A DNA stretch of 64,000 nucleotides from Acidimicrobiia bacterium (lineage in GTDB: Bacteria > Actinomycetota > Acidimicrobiia > Spongiisociales > ZC4RG35). The stretch is taken from positions 42,811 through 106,810 of the forward strand of contig DASUUC010000063.1 of assembly GCA_036374335.1 (NCBI GenBank), given 5' to 3'. Shown here one piece after another: positions 10,994 to 20,721 of this stretch. Position 1 is the stretch's first letter. Each line of letters starts with the position of its first letter. A program made the position numbers and the translations under genes. Below the pieces are notes generated by a model. That model was not told the DNA's origin. It saw only the letters and a program-made list of their open reading frames with translations, and ran no database searches.

Positions 10994-13702
10994 GTGACAG
11001 GCAGGGACGACGCCCTTCGCACCGACATCAGACGTCTCGGCAATCAGCTCGGCGAGGCGTTGGTGCGCCAGCATGGAAAAGACCTGCTCGACCTCGTGGA
11101 GGAGGTCAGATCGCTGGGAAAGTCGGCTCGACGGGGCGGCAGTGCCGAAGCGGCAGAAGACCTCAACCGTCTGTTGGCAAAACTCGACACGGCAGCGGTG
11201 ATCCCTTTGGTCAGAGCGTTCACCACCTACTTCTATCTGGCCAATGTCGCCGAACAGGTCCACCGGATCGAGGAGATGGCCAGTGACGATCGCTATCTCC
11301 GCCAGACCGTCGACCGGATCCTCGACGCCCATCTCAACCAGGAGCTCCTCGATGACATCGTCTGCCGATTCGAGGTGCGGCCGGTCTTCACCGCCCATCC
11401 CACGGAGGCGGCCCGGCGCAGCATTCTGACGAAACGTGGCGAGGTGGCGGATCTCATAAACCGGCGTCTTCAGACAGCCAATCAGGATCAGATCGAACTG
11501 ATCGACCGTCGCTCCTCGGAGCTGATCGACCAGATCTGGCAGACCGACGAGTTGAGGACAGAACGGCCGACCGTCGTCGACGAGGCACGTTCGGCTCTGT
11601 ACTACCTCGTCGCCCTGGCCGAAAACGTGTTACCGCGGCTGACCGAGATCATCGAGGCCCAGCTGCAGCGTCTCTCCCCAGGGACTGACACCGCACCGCT
11701 CCGGTTCGGGACTTGGGTCGGTGGCGATCGGGACGGGAATCCGGGAGTCACGGCGGACACGACCCTCGAAGCGCTCGCCCTTCAGCACGACCGTGGCCTG
11801 ACCCTCCTCATCGATTGGATCGAGGAGCTGAGTGAGGAGCTGTCGATGTCGAGCGAGCTGACAGATCCCAGCGAGGAGCTGATGGCGTCACTCGAGGACG
11901 ACCGACAGCTGCTGCCGGACGTATGGCAGAGAGAGCGGGGTCGAACGGGAGGTGCCCCCTACCGTCTCAAATGCTCCTACATCCACGCCCGGCTGATCAA
12001 TGCGAGAATGCGGATCAAGACCGGCGCCGCCCACTCCCCCGGCCTCGATTACAGCCATCCGAGTCAGCTCGTCGACGAGCTGGACCTCATCGCCGACTCG
12101 CTCAGGGAGTCCCGAGGACAGCTCATCGCCAGTGGCGCCGTCGCCAGGGTGCGCAGGGCGGTGACATTGCTCGGCTTTCAAATCGCCATCCTCGACATCC
12201 GCCAGCACTCGGCACGACTCACCTCCGCAACGACGGAGTTGTTCGACAGGATTGGGATCGACTTTGGAACGTTGCGCGACGACGAGAAGCTGAAGATCCT
12301 GTCGGCAGAGCTCTCCGGGACCCGTCCTCTGTCGGGCCCGACGACTTCGCTCAGTGACGACGGCTCCGAGACGCTGGCGACCTTCCACTCGATCCGGGAG
12401 GCACAGCGACGATACGGCCAGCAGGTGATCGAGAGCTACATCATCTCCATGACAGAGTCACCTTCTCATGTGTTGGAGGCGGCCGTGCTCGCCCGCGAGG
12501 CGGGTCTCGTGGACCTCAACCAGGATATCGCCACCATCGGCTTCGTCCCGCTCGTGGAGACGATCCAAGACCTCCGGGGCTCCGGCGAGTTGCTCGATGG
12601 GCTGCTCGGTGATCCCAACTACCGCAAGATCGTTTCCCTGCGCGGCAACCACCAGGAGGTCATGCTGGGGTACTCCGATTCGAACAAAGTTGGGGGGATC
12701 ACCGCCTCGCAGTGGGAGATCTACAAGGCACAGCGGGTCATGCGCAACATTGCCGAACAACACGGGGTTCGTCTGAGTTTGTTCCACGGTCGGGGTGGAA
12801 CCATCGGGAGAGGCGGCGGCCCCACGCACGCCGCCATCCTGGCCCAGCCCTTCGGCACCGTCGACGGCACCATCAAGGTCACCGAACAGGGTGAAGTCAT
12901 CTCCGAGAAGTATGGGAACCCCGAGATTGCTGCCCGGAATCTGGAGCTGATGGTCGCCTCGGTGTTGGAGAGCTCGCTGCTTCACCGTCAGTCCCGTCGC
13001 TCCAAGGAGACCCTCGACTCGTGGACGGAAGCCATGGATTGCTTCGCCTCTGAGGCGTACGACTCCTATCGCGAGCTGGCGAGCGATCCTGGTCTCGTCC
13101 CCTATTTCCTGTCGTCGACGCCCGTCGAGGAGCTGGGCAAGATGAACATCGGGAGCCGACCCTCCCGTCGTCCCGGCGGCGTGGGTGGGATCGACGACTT
13201 GCGCGCCATCCCATGGGTGTTCGGGTGGACACAGACCCGCCAGATCGTTCCCGGGTGGTTCGGCGTCGGTTCCGGGTTGCGTCAGGCTCGTGCCGCTGGA
13301 TACGAAGACTTGATACTCCAGATGGCCGAGGAGTGGAGCTTCATGGCCACCTTCATCTCCAACGTCGAGATGACTCTCTTCAAGACGGACCTCGAGATCT
13401 CTGGGTCGTATGTCAAGGAGCTGGTCGACCCGGAGCACCGATATGTGCTCGATGTCATCCGCGAGGAGTATGAGATCACCATCGAAGAGGTGCTTGCACT
13501 CAAGGGGACCTCCGAGCTCCTCGAGGACTCGGCCCTGCTGCAGCGGACCCTTTCGGTGAGAGACATCTATCTCGACCCCATCAATTACCTGCAGGTGTCG
13601 CTCCTCGCCCGAAATCGCGCCGGCGAGGAGTCACCGGAACTGGACAGGGCGCTGCTGCTCACGGTCAACGGGATCGCTGCCGGCATGCGCAACACCGGTT
13701 AG
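10994..13702 (+). CDS. ppc: Phosphoenolpyruvate carboxylase
   Basis: 902 aa with hallmark motifs VFTAHPTE, GYSDSNK and FHGRGGTIGRGGGP, and a C-terminal ..MRNTG. Confidence 0.95.
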   Translation: MTGRDDALRTDIRRLGNQLGEALVRQHGKDLLDLVEEVRSLGKSARRGGSAEAAEDLNRLLAKLDTAAVIPLVRAFTTYFYLANVAEQVHRIEEMASDDRYLRQTVDRILDAHLNQELLDDIVCRFEVRPVFTAHPTEAARRSILTKRGEVADLINRRLQTANQDQIELIDRRSSELIDQIWQTDELRTERPTVVDEARSALYYLVALAENVLPRLTEIIEAQLQRLSPGTDTAPLRFGTWVGGDRDGNPGVTADTTLEALALQHDRGLTLLIDWIEELSEELSMSSELTDPSEELMASLEDDRQLLPDVWQRERGRTGGAPYRLKCSYIHARLINARMRIKTGAAHSPGLDYSHPSQLVDELDLIADSLRESRGQLIASGAVARVRRAVTLLGFQIAILDIRQHSARLTSATTELFDRIGIDFGTLRDDEKLKILSAELSGTRPLSGPTTSLSDDGSETLATFHSIREAQRRYGQQVIESYIISMTESPSHVLEAAVLAREAGLVDLNQDIATIGFVPLVETIQDLRGSGELLDGLLGDPNYRKIVSLRGNHQEVMLGYSDSNKVGGITASQWEIYKAQRVMRNIAEQHGVRLSLFHGRGGTIGRGGGPTHAAILAQPFGTVDGTIKVTEQGEVISEKYGNPEIAARNLELMVASVLESSLLHRQSRRSKETLDSWTEAMDCFASEAYDSYRELASDPGLVPYFLSSTPVEELGKMNIGSRPSRRPGGVGGIDDLRAIPWVFGWTQTRQIVPGWFGVGSGLRQARAAGYEDLILQMAEEWSFMATFISNVEMTLFKTDLEISGSYVKELVDPEHRYVLDVIREEYEITIEEVLALKGTSELLEDSALLQRTLSVRDIYLDPINYLQVSLLARNRAGEESPELDRALLLTVNGIAAGMRNTG

Positions 13703-13760
13703 CCGCTCAGAGGAATTCGGGCCACCTCGTCGGGTGCACCGTATTCTCCAATCCATGGCC

Positions 13761-14375
13761 ATGACGATCCTGGAACATCCGCTTGCAGCTGACCTGCTGA
13801 CCGTCCTTCGTGACAAGGAGACTGCCCCTCCCGAATTTCGCCAGATCGCGGAGCGACTCGGCTATCTCTTGGTGGCTGAGGCGCTATCCGATATGTCGAC
13901 AGAAGAGATCGAAATCGAGACCCCCCTGGAGAAGACGGTTGGCACCCGGCTGCGGCGGCCAGTCGTCGCCGTCGCCGTCCTCCGCGCCGGGCTGGGTCTG
14001 CTGCACTCGGTGCTGACTCTCGTTCCCGACGCCGCCATTGGCTTTGCCGGAGTGCAGCGCAACGAGGAGACGGCGGAACCAATGGAGTACTACAGCAAGT
14101 TCCCGACGCTGGACTCCGCCCGCGTTTTGATTCTCGAGCCGATGCTGGCGACCGGTGGGTCGCTGTCATGGGCCATCGACAAGGCAAAGGAGAATGGGGC
14201 GAAAGACATCGTCGCGGTGTGTGTTGTCGCCGCTCCCGAAGGCGTCAAGGCGATTGAGGAGACCCATCCCGATGTCCGGATCGTGGCTGCCACCCTCGAT
14301 CGTGAGCTCAATCCGAACTTTTACATCGCCCCTGGTCTCGGCGATATGGGCGACCGTCTCTTCGGAACTCTGTGA
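13761..14375 (+). CDS. upp: Uracil phosphoribosyltransferase
   Basis: MTILEHPL..LTVLRDKET..FRQ.. plus a PRPP-binding loop (LILEPMLATGGS) and the C-terminal YIAPGLGDMGDRLFGT. Earlier in-frame starts at 13734 and 13755 are possible. Confidence 0.9.
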   Translation: MTILEHPLAADLLTVLRDKETAPPEFRQIAERLGYLLVAEALSDMSTEEIEIETPLEKTVGTRLRRPVVAVAVLRAGLGLLHSVLTLVPDAAIGFAGVQRNEETAEPMEYYSKFPTLDSARVLILEPMLATGGSLSWAIDKAKENGAKDIVAVCVVAAPEGVKAIEETHPDVRIVAATLDRELNPNFYIAPGLGDMGDRLFGTL

Positions 14376-14638
14376 CCGAGTTCGAGGGTGCGGTGATCTC
14401 GGTCATCTTATCTCTCGAGCCGGGAGATGTGGTGACCTACGGGGAGGTGGCCGCCGAAGCCGGCTATCCAGGGGCCGCGCGGGCCGTGGGAACTGTCCTG
14501 CGTACCAGCGAAGGGCTCCCTTGGTGGCGGGTAGTTGGAGCGGGTGGTCGAATCCGAACGCCCGATCCGCAGCGACAAATCGAGTTGTTGACCGACGAAG
14601 GCGTGTTGGTGATGGGCAACCGGGTGGTTTCGGTGTGA
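14372..14638 (+). CDS. Alkyltransferase-like (ATL) / MGMT DNA-binding-domain protein lacking the acceptor cysteine
   Basis: 88 aa. GTGA overlap with the upp stop. It has the MGMT-type helix-turn-helix region (VTYGEVAAEAGYPGAARAVG), but the PCHRV active site reads LPWWRVV, with Trp at 14522-14524. Confidence 0.75.
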   Translation: MTEFEGAVISVILSLEPGDVVTYGEVAAEAGYPGAARAVGTVLRTSEGLPWWRVVGAGGRIRTPDPQRQIELLTDEGVLVMGNRVVSV

Positions 14639-14649
14639 ACCAGGCTCGG

Positions 14650-16036
14650 TCAGTCGGGTGGGCCTCGCTCGGTGATATATATGTGGCTGAGGGGGCTGGT
14701 CCACTGGTGGTGGCCGTTGGGGAGTCGTTTCATCTGCCATCGGGTGTGGTGTTTGACCATGTGATGGTGCCGGCAGAGTGGTCCGAGGTTGTCGTTGTGA
14801 GTGGCACCGCCTCGAGAGTGGGGGCGGCGGTGGTCGAGGTCACAGTCGTAGACGGGTTGGCGGCAGCCCACGATGACACATGTGGCATATGCGGCCTGTA
14901 TCTGGCGTCGTTGGGAGAGGGTGGGCCTACGGTTCAGAGTTCCGGTGGCTACGGGTCGGCCGTTGTCGGTGACGGTGAACACCCATTCCCCGTCGATGTT
15001 CTCATAGACGGTTTTGCGGGCGATCTCAGCAAACACCGGCCCGTACCCTTCCAACACACCCGGAGCGTCAGACAATCCGGCCAGGGTCTCTGCAGAGACG
15101 GTGATATTGACACGGCCACCACCGGTGGTTGTGAGGTGCCGGTAGTGGCCGCATTTGCCTTGTAACAGGTCCAAAGCCACATCGGGGGCTCTGATCTGAT
15201 CCAAGCTCCGGCCACCGTCGTCGACAGCTTTGATGTGTCGGGCCAGTTTCTCGACATGGCGACGAGCCGCAGTGACATCTTCGGGACGTCCCGAGTAGAC
15301 ACCGAAGTTGGCGGTGTGATCCGGATTCGAAGACACCGCCACGCTACGTTCCTCCAAGCCTGCTTCGAACGAAGACTTCGACCCGTCGGGGTCTGTCTCC
15401 AACACGAGTTTGGAGAGCCGGGCGCGTAGCTGGCCGGTGTCAAATCGGAAGCCTCATCCAACATCCGGTCCAACACGACGTCGACAGTGTCGTCGGGCAG
15501 ATGACCGAGGGTCTCCTCGAATACCCGGACTTTGGGTAGGTCGACCCTCCCAGCAGCGAAAGCCTCGAACACACGGCACAGACTTCCGGTCAGCGACACC
15601 GCCCTGGAGAGCTGAATCTGAGAGGACCGGCGGGTCAACCGCAAGGCGGCCGCAATCTCCACCGCGGCATACTCCAACTCCTCACAAGAACGCTGCACAC
15701 CCGAATCAGGGTCCGAAGGCGGCGCATGGGTAATCTCGGCCATCACCGAGTATTTGCCCGCCTCGAAACGAGAAGCAAGCCGATCCTGAGCCCGCAGCAG
15801 ACGGACCAGGTCATGACCATTCAACCGGGAGACATCAGCCGCCGAGACCGCCACGGCCAGGAACGGGTCGGGACCATCTCCTCCAAACCAGACGGGAGAA
15901 CATCCCGATCCGAATCCACCCAGCCATCGGCCAGTTCCCGGCGGGTCAGCTGATAAGCCAGCCGGTCCTCAGCCTCCAAATCCTCAGGTCCCTCCCCCGG
16001 CCAGAGCCCTACCCCACAATCCGGATGGTCGAACAT
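14650..16036 (-). pseudogene. DUF222 / HNH endonuclease (REP13E12-like) gene disrupted by at least 2 frameshifts
   Basis: Three minus-strand ORFs in different frames (16075..15821, 15854..14949, 15405..14650) together spell one protein. The N-terminus is MFDHPDCG.., the middle is DUF222-like (..DLVRLLRAQDRLASRFEAGKY..AAALRLTRRSS..), and the C-terminus carries an HNH motif (CDLDHRRPHSRGGATHNDNLGPLCRHHHMVKH). Frames switch near 15860-15900 and at about 15436. Confidence 0.75.
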
Positions 16037-16181
16037 ATGTTCGAAACCTACACCCGGGCACCCACCAAGTGTCAAGACCCCTATCCCAACATTCTCAAAC
16101 GAAACCCATCACTACACACGTCGCGTTAATGCCTGGATCGCGTACCCGACCGCACATGACAGACGTCACCGAGAGTCGCGG

Positions 16182-19100
16182 TCAGGCGGACTCCAACCGA
16201 TCGATCCACGCGGACAACCCGCGCCCGCCTGCCGCATCGGCCAGGCTTCGAGCGTGATCGGCGAACCTCGACCGATCCGGCCCGTCGGGCAACAGGGCCG
16301 CACCGACGGCCGCTGTGAACAGCTCGTCGGCTTTCGTACCTGCGTCGGTAGCGCTCGCGATGGTGCGGTCGAGCAGTTCGACGGCCTCCGGAACCGAGCC
16401 CTCTACGATCGCCAGCGCGGCCATGGCCCTGTTTCGTAGGGCATCGTTGATTGGGTTCTTCGGTTGGGACTCGATGTTCTCCAGCGCCTCAGAGATCACA
16501 GCCGGGTCGCCGGTGAAGACGGCGCCGTCGGTCATCCCTGATAGCGCCACGCTAGGAGCAAAAGGCGTCTCTTCGAAGTGTCGCTTGTGGATCTCGAAGC
16601 AAAGGCGGGGCTCCCCGTGATTGAGTGCCAAGTAGGCCCTGTTGCGCTCCACCTCGAGTCGCGCCTGCGCATCGGACACAGTATCGAACAGTGACTCGGC
16701 TTCGGCGAGCAGCGCATGAGCTTCCTCGTCCTCCCCCATCGATTCCAGGAGACCAGCGCGCGCGGCCATCCACGCCATACGATCCGTCTCCGTCGCGATA
16801 AAGGTCTCGTCGAGGATGGCCGCTGCATCCTCGAGCCGAAGGACATATCGGTAGGCGCCCTGGAGGTTGCCGGCGACGTAGGTGGCGTGGTTGCGATCGC
16901 CGATCCTTCGAGACTCCTCGTAGCAGCGTCTGGTGGCATCGATGGTGGTCTCCAGGTCAGGAGACGCGTATCCGAGATTGATGAGGCCGCGCAGCTTCTC
17001 ATCCATGAACCCGTGCTCCTCGCATATCTCGATGGCTCCCTTGATGAGGGCTACACCCTGGTGCGGCCGCACACTGGAGAGCACGGTTCCGAGGGTCGTC
17101 ATCGTGCTCGCCACGTCTTCGAGCAGCCCGTGCTTTTCCGCGGCACCGAGCGTCTTGTCGGCGAGAGCTATGGCCTCATCGCTGTCGTCCCCGGTCAATA
17201 GCAGGGCACGCGCCAGCTGGGCCGCGGCCCGGGTCAGATTCGGATCGGAGTCCAGCTTGGGGTGTGCATCGACATGTGGGGTGACAATGTCCACGACCTT
17301 CTCCGCTTGGCGAAACCCGTTGTAGACGCCTCCGGTCACGGCCATCGCCAGATGGACCAAGGCCGGGTCCTCTGATGCTCTCGCCAGAGCCATGAGACTC
17401 GCGACGTGACGCCCGGCCTCAGCCTCGTCCGAGATCCTGGTCGCGGCACGTGCCGCCGTCGCGTGGATCTCCGCGGCCCGTTCGGAGGAGACCACGTCGA
17501 GAGCCATCTCGGACAGCGAGATCACCTGCTCGTGAGCGTGGAGAAGTAGCGCCCTCTCGAGGGCGGCGTCGAGCGCTTCGCCCAACTCGGCATCCAGGTC
17601 CTCCGCGTCACCGGGGGCGGTCTCCCGTGCCGAGACGTAATGTGAGGCTGCCACGGGTGCCAGCTCGGGATCCTCCAGATCACGGAAGTACCGAGCGGCG
17701 TGAAGGTGGATATCGTGCCTGTCGCCCTTCGAGACCCGTGCATAGGCGACCTCGCGCAGCAGGCTCTGCACCCAGTGGTACTGACCCCGCTCTGGTGAAC
17801 GTGTGTCTCGCACCATCGCCAGGATCTCATGGCGAACCAATCCGGCGAGACGACGCTCGACCTTGTCGGGCTCCTCCTCACGCAATGCGGCGAGGGCGTC
17901 GAGGCTGAATGACTGACCGAGTACAGCCGCGTCACGAGCCAGCTCCCGCTCATCGGGTGGGAGACGGTCGAGTCGCGCCGCGATCACCGCCTGCACCGTC
18001 GATGGGATCTCGAGGACGGCCAGGTCACCCTCGACGGTGGGCCCCTCGTCGCGCATGACCAATCGACCGTCGCCCAGAAGCATTCTCAGGGTCTCGACGG
18101 CGAAGAGCGGCACCCCTCCGGCAGAGACGGTGATCGCATTCACGGCCTGGTCCGGGATGCCGGGCACCGCGCCCCGCACCAACTCACCCATCTCGTCGTC
18201 GGTGAGGGGTGGGAGATAGATGGACGCGAATCCCCGACGCCCGGATCCCCAATCCGGTCGATTGTCGAGGAGATCGGGCCGGGTCACCGTGACGATCAGT
18301 ATCGGGTGGTTCTGCGACCAGTCGGGGAGTTCCTCGATGAACTCGAGGAGCCCGGGGTCTGCCCACTGGAGGTCCTCGAAGACGAGAACTGCAGTTCCAC
18401 GCTCTGAGATAGCTTCGAAGAGTGACCTGGCCGCGGCAAAGAGCTCGGTGCGCTCGCTGCCGATCGAGTCTCCTAGACCCAGCAGCGTCGCCAGACGCTC
18501 CCGCACCCATGTCTCCTGGTCGGGGTCGTCGATGAACTCGGCGACCATCTCGTCCAGCCGGGCGGCGGTAGTCTCGTCATCGTCGAGCTCGGTGACTCCT
18601 GCCCGTTGGCGGATCATCTCCCCCAGAGCCCACAGGGACAACCCGTTCCCGAACGATGGCGAGCGACCTTGATGCCAGTAGACCACTTCGGCGATACCGT
18701 CGACGTATTTGAGGAACTCCCATACGAGACGGCTCTTGCCGATGCCGCCCTGGCCGACCAAGGACACGAGTCGCGACCGCCGCTCCCGGCCCGTTGCATG
18801 CAGCGAGTCTTTCAGCAGACGCAGCTCGGAGTCCCGGCCCACGAAAGGAGGCTCGAGTACGTCGGCCTTTCCGGCCCCACCCCGTTCCGCGAGCACGCGG
18901 GTGGCACGGTGCGCCACGATCGGCTCCTCCCTGCCCTTCACCTTGTGCGTCCCCACCGGGCTGACCTCTATGGCCGTGCGGACGAGGGTTGCCGTTGTGT
19001 CGCCGACGTAGACCGTCCCCGGTTCGGCTATCGATTGCAGCCGTGAGGTGGCGTTGACCATGTCTCCGAGCAGGAGGCCTTTCTCATTTCCGCCCGGGCC

Positions 19101-19628
19101 TACCGCAGCCTGGCCGGTCATCACCCCGGCTCGTGCCGCGAGGTCCGGGATCAGATGAGTCTCCCCGAGCTGAGCGACCCGATCCACTATCTCGAGTCCG
19201 CTGCGGACCGCCCGCTCGGCGTCGTCTTCGTTGGAGGTCTCCGCCCCCCACCATGCCATCACGGCGTCACCGATGAACTTGTCGACCGTGCCGCCGAAAT
19301 GGTCGACGACGTCCTTGGCGACGTCGAAGTAGTCGGTGATCAGATTCCGCACGTCCTCCGAGTCACGACCTTCGGAGAGTGTCGTGAACCCGACGAGATC
19401 GACGAAGAGGACGGACACGACCCGCCGCTCGACCGCGGTCACCTGCTCGGCTGTCTGTCCCGGTTCCAGGAGGGGCGTCCCGCACGAGCCGCAGAAGCGA
19501 TGGTCGGGCGGGTTCTCTGTACCACAGTTCGGGCAATCTCGAGCGAGCGAGGTGCCGCAATGCCCGCAGAAACGTTGGCCCGGCTGAGCCACCGTGGCGC
19601 AGTTGGCGCATTCAATATCGGATCCCAC
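16182..19628 (-). CDS. Multidomain signalling protein: double zinc ribbon + class III adenylate/guanylate cyclase + P-loop (AAA_16/STAND-like) NTPase + TPR-like repeats
   Basis: The N-terminus is CANC..CGHC..CPNC..CGSC. The cyclase core is VLFVDLVGFT...FIGDAVMAWWG. Walker A is LVGQGGIGKSRL and Walker B-like is VLVFEDLQWAD. About 500 aa of helical repeats form the C-terminus. Confidence 0.88.
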   Translation of the reverse strand: MGSDIECANCATVAQPGQRFCGHCGTSLARDCPNCGTENPPDHRFCGSCGTPLLEPGQTAEQVTAVERRVVSVLFVDLVGFTTLSEGRDSEDVRNLITDYFDVAKDVVDHFGGTVDKFIGDAVMAWWGAETSNEDDAERAVRSGLEIVDRVAQLGETHLIPDLAARAGVMTGQAAVGPGGNEKGLLLGDMVNATSRLQSIAEPGTVYVGDTTATLVRTAIEVSPVGTHKVKGREEPIVAHRATRVLAERGGAGKADVLEPPFVGRDSELRLLKDSLHATGRERRSRLVSLVGQGGIGKSRLVWEFLKYVDGIAEVVYWHQGRSPSFGNGLSLWALGEMIRQRAGVTELDDDETTAARLDEMVAEFIDDPDQETWVRERLATLLGLGDSIGSERTELFAAARSLFEAISERGTAVLVFEDLQWADPGLLEFIEELPDWSQNHPILIVTVTRPDLLDNRPDWGSGRRGFASIYLPPLTDDEMGELVRGAVPGIPDQAVNAITVSAGGVPLFAVETLRMLLGDGRLVMRDEGPTVEGDLAVLEIPSTVQAVIAARLDRLPPDERELARDAAVLGQSFSLDALAALREEEPDKVERRLAGLVRHEILAMVRDTRSPERGQYHWVQSLLREVAYARVSKGDRHDIHLHAARYFRDLEDPELAPVAASHYVSARETAPGDAEDLDAELGEALDAALERALLLHAHEQVISLSEMALDVVSSERAAEIHATAARAATRISDEAEAGRHVASLMALARASEDPALVHLAMAVTGGVYNGFRQAEKVVDIVTPHVDAHPKLDSDPNLTRAAAQLARALLLTGDDSDEAIALADKTLGAAEKHGLLEDVASTMTTLGTVLSSVRPHQGVALIKGAIEICEEHGFMDEKLRGLINLGYASPDLETTIDATRRCYEESRRIGDRNHATYVAGNLQGAYRYVLRLEDAAAILDETFIATETDRMAWMAARAGLLESMGEDEEAHALLAEAESLFDTVSDAQARLEVERNRAYLALNHGEPRLCFEIHKRHFEETPFAPSVALSGMTDGAVFTGDPAVISEALENIESQPKNPINDALRNRAMAALAIVEGSVPEAVELLDRTIASATDAGTKADELFTAAVGAALLPDGPDRSRFADHARSLADAAGGRGLSAWIDRLESA

Positions 19629-19759
19629 CTTGCCGTGAGAGAGTAGCCCTCAGAAGGTACCTCATCCAGACTTGACCTTTCCGCCCTCCCCGCACGACAC
19701 TTGAACCGATCAGACACTTCCTCAACACCTATGACTGGTCACGCCCCGAACTGCAGGTC

Positions 19760-20710
19760 ATGCTCGACCAAGCGCGCTCTTTCAAAGAGTCGCCGCTGAG
19801 CGACGACCTGGCCGGAAAGACCATCGCCCTCCTCTTCCTCAACAACTCCCTTCGGACCAGGACCTCGTTCGACGTGGGGGCCTATCAGATGGGCGGACAC
19901 GCCGTCGTCCTCACCCCCTCCGGCGGCATGTGGCCGCTCGAGTTCGAGAAAGGGGCGGTCATGATGGGCGAGGCTGAGGAGCATGTGAAGGAAGCAGCCA
20001 AGGTGCTCTCCCGGTACTGCGACCTCATCGCGGTGAGGGCCTTTCCCAAGTTCGAGAAATGGGAAGAGGACCGCAAGGACCTCATCCTCAACGCACTCGC
20101 CGACCACTCCGAGGTGCCGGTGATCAACATGGAGACCATCACCCACCCCTGCCAGGAGATGGCTCTGGCCATGACTCTCCAGGAACATCTCGATGACCTC
20201 GATGGAAAGCGCTTCCTCCTCACGTGGAGTTATCACCCCAAGCCGCTGAACACTGCCGTCGCCAACTCAGCTCTCGTCATGGCCGCCAAGTTCGGGATGG
20301 ACGTGACTCTGCTCTGTCCCAGCGATGAATACATCCTCGATCAGCGCTACCTCGACATCGCAGAAGCGGACACATCGGCCCATGATCGGGCTTTCGAGAT
20401 CACCCACGACATCGACGAGGCCTACCGAGGGGCCGACATCGTCTACGCGAAGAGCTGGGGAGCGCTCCCCTACTTCGGGAGGTGGGATGAGGAAAAGCCG
20501 ATCCGGGATCAGTACAGGCATTTCATCGTCGACGAGGACAAGATGGCGAAGACCGACGGGGCCCTGGTCAGCCACTGCCTCCCCATGCGTCGCAATGTGA
20601 TCATGACCGACGGGGTCTTCGACAGTCCCAGTTGCATCGCATACGACGAGGCGGAGAACAGACTCCACGTCCAGAAGGCGATCATGAAACGCCTGATATC
20701 GGATCTTTGA
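19760..20710 (+). CDS. argF': N-acetylornithine carbamoyltransferase (AOTCase-type transcarbamylase); true start probably upstream (about 19709, non-canonical codon)
   Basis: SLRTR, HPCQ and HCLP motifs are present. It shows near-colinear similarity to the recalled Xanthomonas AOTCase (AVRAFPKF..W..DR, VPVINMETITHPCQE, KPLNTAVANSAL, YAKSWGALPYFG, EKPIRDQYRHFIVDE, AENRLHVQKAIM). 19760 is the first canonical start in frame. Confidence 0.88.
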   Translation: MLDQARSFKESPLSDDLAGKTIALLFLNNSLRTRTSFDVGAYQMGGHAVVLTPSGGMWPLEFEKGAVMMGEAEEHVKEAAKVLSRYCDLIAVRAFPKFEKWEEDRKDLILNALADHSEVPVINMETITHPCQEMALAMTLQEHLDDLDGKRFLLTWSYHPKPLNTAVANSALVMAAKFGMDVTLLCPSDEYILDQRYLDIAEADTSAHDRAFEITHDIDEAYRGADIVYAKSWGALPYFGRWDEEKPIRDQYRHFIVDEDKMAKTDGALVSHCLPMRRNVIMTDGVFDSPSCIAYDEAENRLHVQKAIMKRLISDL

Positions 20711-20721
20711 ACGTGGCACCC

